Below, one piece after another: positions 1-13,329 of a DNA stretch of 20,000 nt (within the stretch, counting starts at the first letter, position 1; each line of letters opens with the position of its first letter). The notes under the pieces were generated by a model that saw only the letters and a program-made list of their open reading frames with translations, was not told where the DNA came from and did not search any database. The translations under genes were made by a program, and so were the position numbers. This DNA is from Catajapyx aquilonaris (lineage: Eukaryota), in assembly GCA_000934665.2 (NCBI GenBank), contig KZ537967.1, positions 173,893-193,892 on the forward strand. Direction: 5' to 3'.

Positions 1-3000
1 TCAAAGAATATGTAGTATTCCAGGCAACATAGTGATTGCATTACATAATAATTATAGGACCTAATTTTGAATGCGTAATTGCATTTTCCAATGAAGCTCT
101 ACAGAGTCGGATTGTACTTGAGCCCTTAATGTAACCTGGGACTGTATGCCATGACCTGCAGGGAATTTAAACCATGCCCAAAAACTGTGTTAAATATTAC
201 ATATTCAGGTGTTACACTGTCCACTTTTCCAGCTTCCTGCTAATATTTAAGCACATTTTTCTATTTTCAGGATAGCACTTTTGTTTAATTATTACAGTTT
301 TTTACTTCCAAGTGCTGTACAGCAGGTTTTCAAAAAATTCCGTATGTAATTCAGGAAAAAAAATTGCAACCTCCGCACTCAGATTGGAAATATTCATTGC
401 ATTAAAAAACGATTCAGTGGATTTCCAGAGAGCGAATCTATCCCACTCCACATTCCCATCCGGTTGAGGAATGTCTCTTTTTTTTCTACCAATTCTCTCC
501 ATTCCTATCCCCGGTTTTTTTATATAAAAAAATCCGGAGCCCCAGGACAAGCAATCCTACCCTGCAGCCTTTAGTTGAGAACGTGCTAGCTGCATAATCC
601 AAGGGCCGAGGGTTGGTCATTAGTCGACCTCGGGTGTTCCATCTCGACCCATGGCCAACAGTCTTTATACTCTACATCCCAGCAGCCAGGGCAGACCCAA
701 AGTTTAATGTTCCGAACCAGGCTGGAACCAATTGGGGGGTACCTTGGGGGGGCCAAAAAGAGAGAGAGAGACCGGATCTCCAGCGGAATGCAAATGGGAT
801 TATTTCCACCGGAAAAACGACGGCAAGATTCTTTACCACTTACATAATTAGAGAGCATTTCATCTACCAGGAAAATGTATTCATGCTCCATGGGTGCACT
901 GTAAAAAAATTCGGGTAGTTTGCAGAAAATTGCAGGAATTCTGGACACACTAATAATTTACGAAAATTATTACGCAAATTATCATAAATAAACTTACAAG
1001 TGATTCGCAGCATTTTGTAGGATACCACAGGCAATTTCATTATAAAATATTTTTTTTACAAACAGTAAAAACAAGCTGCCAAAGTTTTAACCACTTAAAT
1101 AATTAGAGCACGTTTCATCCTCCTGGCAATGTATTCCCGACGGGTTGGTAGCTGTTTTTTAAAAAAAAAACGAACTCTCGATAAAAAGTGAAGGTAATAA
1201 AGATTCCTGCAGCTTCAAACGCGGTTTCAGAACTTGTGGCGTATTTCAACACCGGGGGACTAAACAAGGGTTTGTAATGGCGCGCATAAAAACCCTCTTC
1301 AATTAAGGTGGAGCGTTTGAAATTCCGGGAGCCCCCTGGCTATAATACAGGGTGATTCAGTGATCTCATCCACTACCGCGTTCAGCATTAATTTCAAACA
1401 ATTTTAGTCAAGTTGCACCTAATTGCGATAGAATGTGAACCCATATTGTAACCATTTTCCAGCAAAAAATTACTGCAGTGTATCTCTGCAAACCTATACA
1501 AAATAAATTGTCATCCAGTTCATGCAATGGTATATAAATTCCTCTCTGCGACCTGCCGCATTCTCCGAGTCAATAGTCCATAGTGTAAGAGAAGCCCCGG
1601 AGTGTAATCCGCCATATTATTTCCACTCACGTTGCTTCAGCCATTCGCAATCTGAAATTGCCTCCCTAACCTAGGCACCCCAAGGGTAGCAAGGACGGTG
1701 CAATAAAATGACCGCCCTTATTCACTAAACCTTTAGCCAAGATAGTAAAACCCTTCACTATATCTTATATGGTGATTGTTATCTCTGAGGCGAAAATTTG
1801 TTTGGAACCACCCTCACCGTGTGTCATCAAAAAGCGATTGATTGGAGCCCACACCAAATCAACTGGATGGTACCAATCAGGAAATGACGTGCGTGTTTAT
1901 TCCTCGATAGTTGTCCTTCAATTGCAGATGTGCACCGCCTCCCAATATAGCAAACGGGGGAGAGGCTCGACTCTGGAATTGCCATTTCCTAATTAGTTGC
2001 AGCCAGTCCGGGGCTTCATTTCCTGGCTAAATTAAAACCCGTTGCCTGACTACAGCCCTTGCATTTTTCAAATTAGCCTTGCTGCATCCCCCTCCTCTCT
2101 CCAACAAAACCGGGGTTCCTTTGCCCCAAAATCTCTTTATCTCACCCCGGCTTCCTTCTCCCAGAGGCTGCTAATCTCTTTCAAGACCACTCAAACCGAG
2201 GATGGGTCGCAACAAATGATGCTAAGCTGAATCAATCTGTGGTTATGGCACTTTCAGGAATTAAACAAGGCTACGAAACCATTTGTTTATACTTTTTGGG
2301 AATTAAATTGGCGCCAATATTTTTTTAAAAAAGAAATTATGTGAGTGGGTCGTTATCAAAACCAGGTTGTCTTATGGTGTCTCAACAGGCAACAACTCAA
2401 CGCTCAATATATATGGCATATTTTCAAAATTGGTTCCCATAGGGAAAGGTCACGTGAGCCGTGAAAATATTCACCAATCAGCTCATCATGGAATTTTAAA
2501 TGGGTGTATAGAATATTTCCAATATTTCTTCTTGATTTATGCTAGGATTAATGTCAATTAATAATTTCAACAGGATATCATTCACTGCTAGTCAATCGTG
2601 ATATCACAACAATATCGTCCATGATGGTGAGGAGGCGGATATCGCCCCACATGCACTGCCCTTCCCCCCCTCTTTTTAAATTAATAAACCCCGACCAATA
2701 TTGGCATAATCGACAGGCGTTACGGTAACGTGACTCTTTATAAAAGCAGGAAACTTCATTCTTCATGTATCACCCGATAAGCTAAAATCGCATTTTCATG
2801 GAAGCCGTCAATCTTTGGGGAGGTTAAAAAAAAAAAAGTATGGCCCGTGTGATCCCTCCCTCCCTCTTTGTAAGGATCCCTTTTCATTGGAATTGTTATC
2901 GAGGCGACTCCCACCTCATCAGGATTTACTGCCAGGGCAACATTCGATCAAAAGCAATCAATGCTATCAAAACTGGGCAGGAAAAGATAAATTCCAAGCC

Positions 3001-3176
3001 CGAATATAACGAGCAAGCTGCTTTTCTAGGAAAAGCCCAGCCCCCCCTTTCTATTGGCCAAACATGAAAAGTCGCCTGCGACCAATATTTCCTCTCTTTT
3101 AAAAAAATATCCATACTGTACATTTTTATACAATTACATAATAATTTCTAACCAACTTTTTCTGATTTTTTTTCAG

Positions 3177-3391
3177 GTGTGTGAACGGAGACTTTGTGAA
3201 GCTGTTCTTGCACCTGGAGAACCCAAAGTTGAACGAGTACACTCCTTGGAACATTGTACTGTGCGGTGGACTGGAGAACATTCCGCATGTTCACTTCAGC
3301 TCCGGACGTGCCCTCATTTTCGAGTTCCACTCCGATCACCTCAACGCCAACAACACTGGATTCATGGGAACCTTTCGATACTTGGACAAAA
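3177..3391 (+). CDS. sol-1: Internal coding exon of a tandem-CUB-domain protein (SOL-1-like); C-terminal half of a CUB domain
   Basis: Pyrimidine tract plus acceptor ttttttttcag|G at 3176/3177 and donor A|GTAAGC at 3391/3392. Translation CVNGDFVKLFLHLENPKLNEYTPWNIVLCGGLENIPHVHFSSGRALIFEFHSDHLNANNTGFMGTFRYLDK has the CUB pattern C..D.V...LCG...S.G..L..EFHSD...GF.G.F. The SOL-1 name rests on my recollection of arthropod SOL-1-like sequences, not on a search, and is less certain than the CUB exon call. Confidence 0.9.
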
Positions 3392-6300
3392 GTAAGCACA
3401 CTTTGCGGCTCCCAGGGGGCTTGCTTCGTGTCTCTTGTGTCATTATTTGGAGAATAAATAGAGTGGAACTAGCCTCGAAAAAGGAAGATGGCTCCAACTA
3501 TATGTATAAAAAGTCAGGCTGACAAAAGGATCTGCTGATTTTTTTAAATAAAACAGTGCGTAAATTACCTGAAATGTTTACACACATAGTAGAACAGGTA
3601 AGTGCATCATGGCCTTCAGCAAACTACATTTTAACACCAATATAGTTAGCCGCAATATGGCCGCAATGCAATTCCCGACCAAGCTTGTATATATGAAAAA
3701 GAGGCGCAAATTGAAAATTACAGTTACAGGGCTGTGTACCTCTTGGCCGCTGTACCCACCAAACAACACCGTCACTAGGCGTTAATCCCGTGCAATGAGC
3801 TAATTAAAATCTCCAGGTGTAATCATGAAGCCGGCAGAGGAAACTGGTGGGGGGGCTTTGGGTTTGAATCCCTTTGTTCCCATGGATGCTGCTCTGCTTT
3901 TTGAAGTCGTTTCCAACCACATATTAATGGTCATTTTCACGCAAGTTGGACCCGCAAAACCCGATTACATGTCCTAAAAAATTGTGGTCAAATTTTTTTT
4001 CCTGTACCCACAGCTGCAACTTAATCAAGAGTGTCCGACCTTCGCAATACATCAAACCAGTCCCATTTTTGGGATTAAATCGGAACCAATTTTTCAAGAG
4101 ACGTTTTTCTCCCCAAAAAAATGAGTAGGAAAGAAATCACTTCACAGCACGCTGTACATTCCCTTTTCTGAAATGAGCTCTTTTGTCTCGCTTGGCCTAT
4201 TCACAAAAATATATATAAATGGCTGCTTTTTTCCCGCCTTTTTTGTTTGGTTGACTGAAATCGAAAGAACCTGAGAATGAGAACACTCGGGGAGTATTAT
4301 GGATGTACGGCACCCTGAGGAAAAATAGACTCCAATTTCATAATCATAAGATTACCCTCTCGGATGCAACATATCGCTTGGCAGTTTGAGCGTAAATCAG
4401 CAAATTGCAAGGGTTGGCACAGAGAGGAAAAGAGATGGGTGCAAAAACGAGGCAAAACCACCGAGTTGTATGGCCTAATAAAACCCGGGGAATATTAAAT
4501 TGTTATGCGAGGTACAGCGCCATTTAACCACCCATAACTCCGACTTTATGTCTAATCGATGTAATTTTCAGCAACAATCCTTGTGATAATGAAAATTTGT
4601 TTTTTTAACCATACCTTCCTATATAAGAGGAGGGGGTTACATACGATGTAAAAAAATATTGGGGAGAGAAAAAAAAAAAAAGTATGGCGGGGTGATTTCG
4701 CAGCACTTTACTCTCTCCAGATTGATTGGATCTCGTTACGTTTCCTACAGGGACCGTTCAGAATGCCAACGGGCCCTCATCTTCTTTCCCAGTCCATTAG
4801 GCCTAGATTCGAGAATATATTCGGCGCTAGTTTCCATGCATTTGCACCTAAATTGTCAATTCTCTAGTGCACCATAAGGTGAAGCTAGTCATGGAGCACT
4901 CATCGGTGTGTGTGTGTTTTTTTTTGTGTGGCACGCAATCAGATGATGGGGTTTGCCCGATTTAAATTCTTACTATTTATGATCTGCATATTGATTGGAA
5001 GCATTACGTGCGAGTTAAGCCCGGGTATTGCCATGTAGTTACTCAATTTTGCATAGTTTTTTGTAACGTATGGATGTGCTCTATACGGGCCCTTGTTATG
5101 TCCAACATGATTACAAACGTGGCCGTCGGCTGCAATAGGCTTTGCCAATTACACTTTCGCCCCGGAGTGATGTGTACAGAGATATATACACACACCTTTT
5201 TTTTTTTTGCTCCTCGTTCAACATCAGAGTCAACAACTCAGTGTGGTTGGAACTTCCCGAGAAGTCGAAAGAGGAACTATAGGAAAAGGGAAAAAAAATT
5301 GCAATGTCTCATACTATATTGTCAAACAATTATATAAAGTTCATAGCGATATTCCAAGAAGAAAAATGCTGAATGAGGTTAAATTATGTGAAAAATTGCC
5401 AATTTTCAACGAATTGGCGTGTACACCTCTCAATTCATAAATAATGAAGCGTTTATGGCAAATATGAGCGTGCCATTTACAAGTATATCCGTTTTTATTC
5501 AAATATGATTTCATATAGATATACTGTATCAACTGATGTGCAGCTGATTATTCCTCTACACTTTATTCCTGGTATATCAAACACTATCAGCATCAGGAAT
5601 CCGAAAATGGCCACGAAATTGAGCGTATCATCCAGCTCCCAGGATATGCACAGGCCTGAACTTCCGATGACCAGGACAACAAATGACAACAAATGGGTGA
5701 CAGGCAGGGGCCTGGAGATAAGGACCAAGCCGCACAATATTTTCATGTACGCATTTGTAAACAGAACCATCGTTTAGCCTCACACTGACACCCTAACAAT
5801 AGCAAATCGCACTTACCGGAGGATGCATCCATGCTCTAGCCAGCAGACACCATACAAAAAAAAATATCCGGATTTGGGTCGAAGATTTGCCCTCCCCGGA
5901 ATAAAAAAGTACCGGGCTTGCCAAAGGCGCCTGCAGAGAAAAGAAGGCCATGAATCATTGAATAAAAAGGGGGGCCTCCGCGCCACATCGTTATGGTCCT
6001 CAATAGCATCGTTCCTAAACCTTAATCTTCATTTCCTTACTCTTTGGCCGGAGACACAATCCTGAAGCAATATAAAGAGCAGCTGGTTCTCTTTTCTAAA
6101 GGAGCATGGTACGGATAACATTGGCACCCATTTTTCATAGTCTAACCATTTGACACTTAACCTCCCAAAAATGTAGTTTATAGATTTTTTTTTTGCAAAA
6201 AAAAAGAAAGGTTTATAAAGTGAGCCAAGTTTTGTGTACTGTCGAGTACCCCCCTCTCTTTTCAATCCCGGAATTGTCTGGTTGGCATAAAGAATTGCAG

Positions 6301-7529
6301 CTTCCAAAGCCTAATGGATATGAATGACTCCGTAACGGAGTCGCCCTATGGTAATAATGGTGCAAGGATTATGAGGTGGGAGGGGTATGAATATTTTTTT
6401 CTTCTCTGCGGCTCATTACTGCAGGCTGATGAGAAATGAAGACTTCAACCGGAAAACCCAGAGAGTTTTCGAGCAGAGACAAATGGCTGGCAAAACTTGA
6501 GGAAGCCATATAAGATATATTTCAATAGAACTTCTAAGCTTCTCCAAAAAAAAAAGACCCGCTCAAGAAACACGGATCTTCAGGGCAAAATGCAGACCTT
6601 AATTAGCTCTCCTTTTCTCATTGACAAAAGAGACCTCGTTTGTAATCCTATCCTTTCCACACACAAAAAAAGACCAGGTTTCAAAAAGGGTTCGCAAGAG
6701 ATATCTCATTATATATCGTTAGCTGGTGTTGACGGTCAACCTATACCAAATGCTGTCAAGGATTTCTAACCAGAGTCCTGGATTAGTCGTGGTGATTGAT
6801 GAAGTTTTGTGGTGCGGACTAGAGTGGGAAAGGAGGGGAGTCCTTTTCCGCTAATGTACTTCTCTAGATTGCGTTTGAAAAGAAGCTGAGGAAGTTTTTT
6901 TTTGTGTGTGTGTGAATGTATCGATCAGGTCGTCAGAATAGGATTTCAGTTAAATTAATAGTCCTCTTGGCTGAACAGTAATAGATTTATAAATCATTTT
7001 GACAGTCCCTTTATTACGCTCCAAAAATGTTACAACGTAATGAATTTTTGCGATTCTCACCAGCATGTAACATGTTACGAAAAGGAGCTGAGAATGTGTG
7101 CATTACATTAAGGACTTAATTAGTGGTGTTTATTAACAAGGCCCTGATCTGATGAAAATCGTGTCGTCCTCTCTTTTTTTCCTGGTCCGGCATCCATTTT
7201 ATTTCGCATCAAAGCAGGTATTATCCCTCTTCTTTTCCAAGTCAAAACAGGGTGCCCGACAAGCCCGCAGTAATCATTCATTCATGTTTTGGAAATTGTT
7301 AATTGAATCACGGTTGCCCGAATTTTCGCTCTGTTTTCCCCAAGCTTTTGGGAATTAGGCCCCCTACTACCCAGGGACCTAGGCAAGTATAGAGTATTAC
7401 ACTAGTAGCTCCCGGATTTCCCATCCCGCCATCCATTTCCCTTGCACTTGTTATTCTAATCCCCGTGAACATGCTGGCGTCACACGCCCACGCCATATTG
7501 CGACTGCAGCGCCATCCAACTTAAAACCG

Positions 7530-7767
7530 CTCGTCCACGCCTCTAACGGTCTGGGGCTAGGCCTAGTCCCTATGCATCCGGATAGGGGAGGTATTACCTG
7601 CCCCCCACACTACGACCCAACCCACTCACTATTGTCATTTGCACACGACAAAGCCGGGGGGTGATGATACCATCTGCTTTTCAAACCGGGGGTCCCCAAA
7701 GCGCTATACCGCATACAGCAAACCATGCATTTTAGGTGCAGGTCGTGCTAACCACTCAGCCTGGTCG
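7530..7767 (-). mobile_element. Probable tRNA-derived SINE (degenerate)
   Basis: The - strand head AGGCTGAGTGGTTAGCACG is A-box-like (7762-7752) and GGTTTGAAAAG is a degenerate B box (7687-7677), followed by a GC-rich body. No full cloverleaf. The 3' boundary is approximate. Confidence 0.45.
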
Positions 7768-10210
7768 TAAAATGTGGCAACTACCTAAGGAAACACAGTA
7801 TGCGCCAGTAGCTGCAACAATATTCAGGTCTTCGTGTTATCGGGTCGAATTTTCGTCACACTGCTAACTCAGCAGTGCTAGCAGAAACTAGAAGTGGGGG
7901 GGTTGTCACGTTTTTCCACCACACCCCCTCAATTATTACACAATCATGAATCTTCTCATATTTTTGCACACCCCAGAGGCATCCATCAAAGTTGAGCCTT
8001 GCAACTTAGCCACAATATTCACGGCTAACTTCCCCTGCAAAGAAGCGTATTTATCGCGACGGCCCCCTACCCAAAATCTCATCATCTTTGAAAACAAGCC
8101 ATGCAGACATGCTGACAATGAGGAGAAGACAAGATCTAACTGCGCATAATACCAAGAGGGCCGTAGCAAACTTTTGTTCCTCTTTTTTTCCCCTCCCCCT
8201 CCCATCTTCGTCTTCTTCCTCCTCCACCTCCCCTGAAAGCACATCAGGGGCATTCTCGGAGTCTGCTCGGAGCAAAACCGGAATTCTCTTCTCTTTTATG
8301 AAGCGTCGGGAGGCGTCCTCAAACCTGCAGTGCAGATCATTTTTCGTGTCTCCGGGCGGGCTCCTCCCCAGCTCGCATTTAGTGGACTCCCCACCCCGCC
8401 TTCCCCCACTTCTGTCGCTGAAGAAAACGGTTACTGCTGTCCCTTCTCTGTCGATGATGCCGCCAGACTAGATTCCGGCAGCACAATAATGGTAGGAAAG
8501 CATCTACTACTGTACAAAATGAGATTATTCTCTCTCTGAAACATAGTTTCATATTACAGGGGTCTTAAACCACTGGCGCTAAAAATCATCCACCAAAAAA
8601 ATATGCAAAAAATCCTATGATTGGAACGGGTAATGCAAATCGCTCAAAACCTGCAGTAATATTTTATAAGAGTGGAATCCAATTAATTAGCATCCGGCTC
8701 AATGGCTCAAATCTGCTCCCAGGTGGGTCCATATATACAAAAAAAATGAAATTGCATTTCCGGCAAATGGTAAATAGTGTGGCGGAAAAAAAAGTGCTAG
8801 CATTATTATCCGTTAATTGAATCGTTACATATCCTAGAGATTTACCTTCGGTCCGGGAGTTTTTTTTGCAACAATCCAAATCCCGTATGACTCAAAAATG
8901 TAGGCACCCTGAATCGGAATAATTTGCATTTCGGAGTGTTCTGTACCAGCAAATGTACTTTTAGGTAGCAAAAGAGCACAAGCCTCATCCGCAGGGTTCA
9001 TTTCCCTCCCATCCTCCTTGGAGCATCCCAAACTTGGACCTTTTTTGCATAATAAGTGCAGAAGAATGGCTTTCAAACCTCCCCAAGCCTTGGGAATCAC
9101 CTCGGAAAGTTTCTCCGACACTATAAGCACTAACGTCTACTTTGATTGCACCAGGGAGGAGCGCAAATTCTTATTGCGCGCAATACATGCCCTCACTGCA
9201 TACTGTCTTATTGTGTACTTGGCCGTGCGAAAACTAATTCTGCAGGTCTAATTGCAAGCCGTTTAATTAGGCTCGGTTTTTAAGCATTGCGTATCCTGCG
9301 AGTAAGATAACCAATGAGTCTCGTCTGTTTAACCTGCTGCCTATTTTACAGGAGCTTCGTCTAATCATAACGAGACTGCTTTGCTATTATTTTGCACAAT
9401 TTTGAGTTAATGGGGCTGCCAGTCTGTGACGAAAAGTTCAAAAACATGCCGATTGATATGACTAAAATCACAGTTACAAATTCTCACTTTCCAAACTTGT
9501 GCCCCCCAAAACTTTAATTCCATTAAAAACTTGCACGGCGTAATCATTCCGTTAAACTTCTTTTAAAGAAATATCTGGCTGTTACAAACTTTTTTTTAAA
9601 AAAAAACTCGTTGGCAAATTGAGCGAAAAAATGGAGTTATACCGAAACCCCCAGCTCTTATTGTAACAAAAGTCCTGTCCTCTTCCGTGATTTCTCCAGG
9701 CCCCAACAACGGCGACAGTAAAATTGGGCCTGCTGACCCCACAGAATTTATGGTCCCATAAATAAAAGGGGGTGGGTTCTGGATGGTGGAAGCTGCAGCA
9801 AGAGTTAGATCTTAGATGTCCATCATGAAACATGGATTTATTTCTCCTGGAGGTTAAGGCGTACATGAGAATGATGGTTCCCATTCTCCCCGGCTATACG
9901 TCGCATACGCGAATAGGAACCAAGGGTGGAGTGAACTTTCCGACGTACACCCATCATTTCGGAAGATGATTTACCCCATCTGGTGCACCAGCTATAAGCC
10001 TCCCTAGGTGTATAAAAAGGCCGTGACCAATTTGCCAACGCTTTCGAGAGGAAGTCCCCCCCNCCCCCCAGTTGCATGATATTTCATTGAACTCTCCAAA
10101 TATTTATCAGGCGTACAGAAATTTACTATGAAAAGTACACACTTCCACATATCTGTCCGGGAAAAATGGGGATTAAAAGGAGCCAATCATGGCTGAGAAC
10201 GTAACCCAAG

Positions 10211-10845
10211 AATATCGATATGCGTATAGACATCGCTGTAGGTATGTGTATACTATTAGACATATCAATATACGAATAGACATATCGATATATGAATATA
10301 CATATCGATATACAAATATACATATCGATATACAAATATACATATCGATATACGAATATACATATCGATGTTCGTAGAGACATATTGATACACGTACGCG
10401 TATAGAGACATATGGATATATGCATAAAACCATATCGATAGACGTAGACATATCGATACACGTAGTCTATATAGAAATATCGATCTACGTACGCAGAAAT
10501 ATCGATACACCCATAGAGACATTGATATATGCACAGAGACATATCGATATGTATATAAACATATCGATATATGCATAAAATCATATCGATACACGTATAG
10601 AGAAATATCGATTTATACGTACCGAGAAATAGCTTTACACATTGCTTTACACCCATAAAGACGATTATTGATATGCTATATGCATACAGACATATCGATA
10701 TGTGCATAAACATATCTACATATGTGCATATAGAGACATACCGATAAACTGTAGTGTGCATGTAGACATATCGATAAACTGTAGTGTGCATAGAGCAGCA
10801 TAGAGACTTATCGATATAAGTATGGAGAAGTGTATATGTATCGTA
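10211..10845. repeat. Degenerate ~20-bp minisatellite (consensus about CATATCGATATACAAATATA)
   Basis: Near-perfect 20-bp units at 10261-10370 that decay rightwards, plus a 30-bp-period duplication CGATAAACTGTAGTGTGCAT at 10742 and 10772. Confidence 0.93.
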
Positions 10846-11360
10846 CATAAAAATTATGACGACATTTTTTTTATCAACATTATACAGCGTGCTGTGATGT
10901 AACCATCCTTTTGACATTTCCAAAAATATTTTGCCACTCTCTCCCTGATAAATTTTTAAAAATAATGCAGTAGCAACATGACAATGCAGGGATACCGCAG
11001 CACATATAGAGAGAAGCGGGCCCCAGCACATGTTACTGCAAGTCAGCCCAGCGTTAAGCGATTGTTAAAATAAGCGAGGCGGATCTCCATGTCTGACAGC
11101 ATCGCAGTTCGCCAGACATTGCTCACTGGTTTTCCACCGCTGCGTATTGGTGCACCAAAATTAATGCCATGGCGTACAAAGGCAGCCAACCCTTGACATT
11201 TACCTATCCGGCATTACGGCTCTCTGGAGGTAACGTACGATTATTTACCGCCCCCCTCCCCCTTTGTAAAGCCCCGTGTGTGTGTGCTGTAATCAACAAA
11301 GACCTGAAGCGCTCGCAACCATATTTCCCGAGTTAAGTGCGGGACCAGACTTCTGGAATA

Positions 11361-11461
11361 TAGGGTGTTCCTTAATGATTCTGGCAATGTTGCAACCGAC
11401 TAATTTTGTGCCGCATTTGGCCCGGAGAATATATTCGCAGGGAATAGTATGAGTCACCCTG
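11361..11461. mobile_element. Possible ~100-bp degenerate Tc1/mariner-type MITE
   Basis: TA|TAGGGTGTTCCTTA ... TATGAGTCACCCTG|TG; imperfect inverted termini of the (C/T)AGGGTG class. Confidence 0.35.
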
Positions 11462-13311
11462 TGCATCCGCTCAATAAATCCACGCCCAGGCCTCAATCCA
11501 CGCCTTTCCGATTTCCCAAGGAGACATCTTTCGGTTGAGATTATCCAAGTACTGATTCGAGACCGGAGGAACCTGTGGGAAATTCCCGTAAGGGACACGA
11601 GAAATTGCCTCGACGGGTGTGCCACTGCCTACAAATCACGACTCAACTTGAGAGCAGACAGGACTTAGAAAAGGAAGAGAAAAAAAAAGCAGAATAAAGA
11701 CGAAGAAGGCAGTAGATATCCCTCAGAATAATCCAGGCCGGTCAATTGGTACGCCCTGTATATATCTAAAGGCGTCTGGCTTCAACCCTCTCCCTTTTCG
11801 CCTTAAACTAATTACATCAATTACTTCTGGGAAAAGGGGCCTAAGATTCCTCATTAGCTTGGACGGGCACTGGGGGAGCACATAAACCACTTGAAGTCCC
11901 ATTAAACCCTGACTTTGTCTTGCGCACAGGGGGGTGAACCCTGGCGTAACCGGACTATACGCTGTATCTATGATGATAAGATAGGAGCTGAGGGTAAAGT
12001 TTGGAGGGGGTTCAATAGTACTGTAACTCACAATTCTGGAGTTTAAACTGTTGCCAAAAAAAAACCAGCCATCAATTGAAACACTCCCATTAACACGTAA
12101 TGGAAAACAAATTGCTTCCAACATCACGAGTCACCGCATGTGTCCGACGTTTATTCACACCCGTGCGTGAAAAGCAATTTTCACATGCTGACTTTCTACC
12201 CCTTGCCGAATCAAACTGATTGCATTTACCTAACAGGTCGACACGTCAGCACCACCTGCCTGTAAAAATACAACCCGTTTTTTTTTTTTTTTTTGTAACT
12301 CGCCGATTCAACAATTACTCTTTTTTACTGTAGTACCTCCTGCTATGCTGCGCTGTACTATTTGAATACATATTATCCAGTCAGTCACATCCGTCATATA
12401 TGTGTGTATAAAGTTTGAGACGCTTTCAGGTCCTTCATTTTCCATAACCGTCCCATAAATTACTTTCCCAGCTTAAGCCCAAAAAGGGTACTGCATGATG
12501 AAATGGATTTCACTGGGTCGTAAAACAATGCTGTCTAATGGGGCGCACAGAGATATCACATTTCTTGTCAATTACGCGAAACATAAGGGCTGAAATGTGA
12601 TCTATTCAACTATCCAAGACAGTGTTCATGGAACTTGTCAACCCTCTCATGTTTCTGATGATCTCATGAAATACAGCATTTAAAAAGTAATGCAGAAAAA
12701 TATTCACAGAGGAATCTGATACATGCACGCACAAGTATAGGTATGTCCATGGCAACATTGACATTCAGGTTTCTTATTACCGTGCGAAGAACGGGCTCCG
12801 CTGCTAGTAAAGCCAGTTTTTTCAATGGCCAAATAAATACCAAACTAGGATATCACATCATCATATTTGCAAAAAAAAAATGATCCATATCCGTATACAA
12901 GAAATAAAAGCGCAGTTTTTTTGTTGGGTTTCTTGCGGGTGGAGCCTTTCCTCAAAAGAAGCTCACTTCTCATGCAATCATGAGGTCTTAGGATGGGAAG
13001 AAAATGCCTGAGGCATTTTCAAGGAATGGGGGTAGGGGGGGAGGGGGGGGGGGTTCCTGGCATCGTTCACCATAAGCCAAGGCACAAGCGGCTCTGAAAA
13101 TGTTAGATTAAACGGCGCTAACCCTGCAGCGCTGCCTTTTCAAAGTATCCGTGGGAGGGCATTTTACGACGAATACTTTAATACACTGGCACAAAAGGAT
13201 GGTTACGAGTTACAGCGTTTCCGTTCAAACCCCCGTAAGCGTGTCGAACGTTAAAAGGCCGCGGAGGAAAAACGAAGCCCACCAAACACATCATTCCTAG
13301 CATGCCCTTAC

Positions 13312-13329
13312 CTTCTTCTTCTTCTTCTT
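13312..13329 (+). repeat. (CTT)6 microsatellite
   Basis: Direct reading: cttcttcttcttcttctt. Confidence 0.8.

Noticed and set aside
2895..2922. Hammerhead ribozyme candidates (CTGATGA on - at about 2922; on + at 6426, 7149, 12655 and 14519)
   Set aside because: None has a stem II closed by GAAA together with compatible stems I and III and a UH cleavage site.
3392..3522. C-terminal extension of ORF 3181-3522
   Set aside because: Read-through past the GTAAGC donor; CUB similarity ends at the splice site.
3860..3872. B-box-like GGGTTTGAATCCC as a tRNA
   Set aside because: No A box or cloverleaf around it.
6823..6867. Hairpin followed by CTAG as a Helitron 3' end
   Set aside because: CTAG is followed by A rather than T, the stem depends on G-U pairs, and no 5' TC end can be assigned.
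10211..10845. CRISPR-like array
   Set aside because: The units are contiguous tandem repeats without unique spacers, there are no cas genes, and the context is a spliceosomal intron.
10126..11031. 301-aa - strand ORF and overlapping ORFs
   Set aside because: Tyr/Ile/Met/Cys-rich translation of the minisatellite; open only because the repeat lacks stops.
11293..11625. Possible RTE-LINE C-terminus (LLGKSERRGLRPGRG)
   Set aside because: Only vague similarity, with no RT motifs or tail repeat; part of the interval is better explained as a small MITE.
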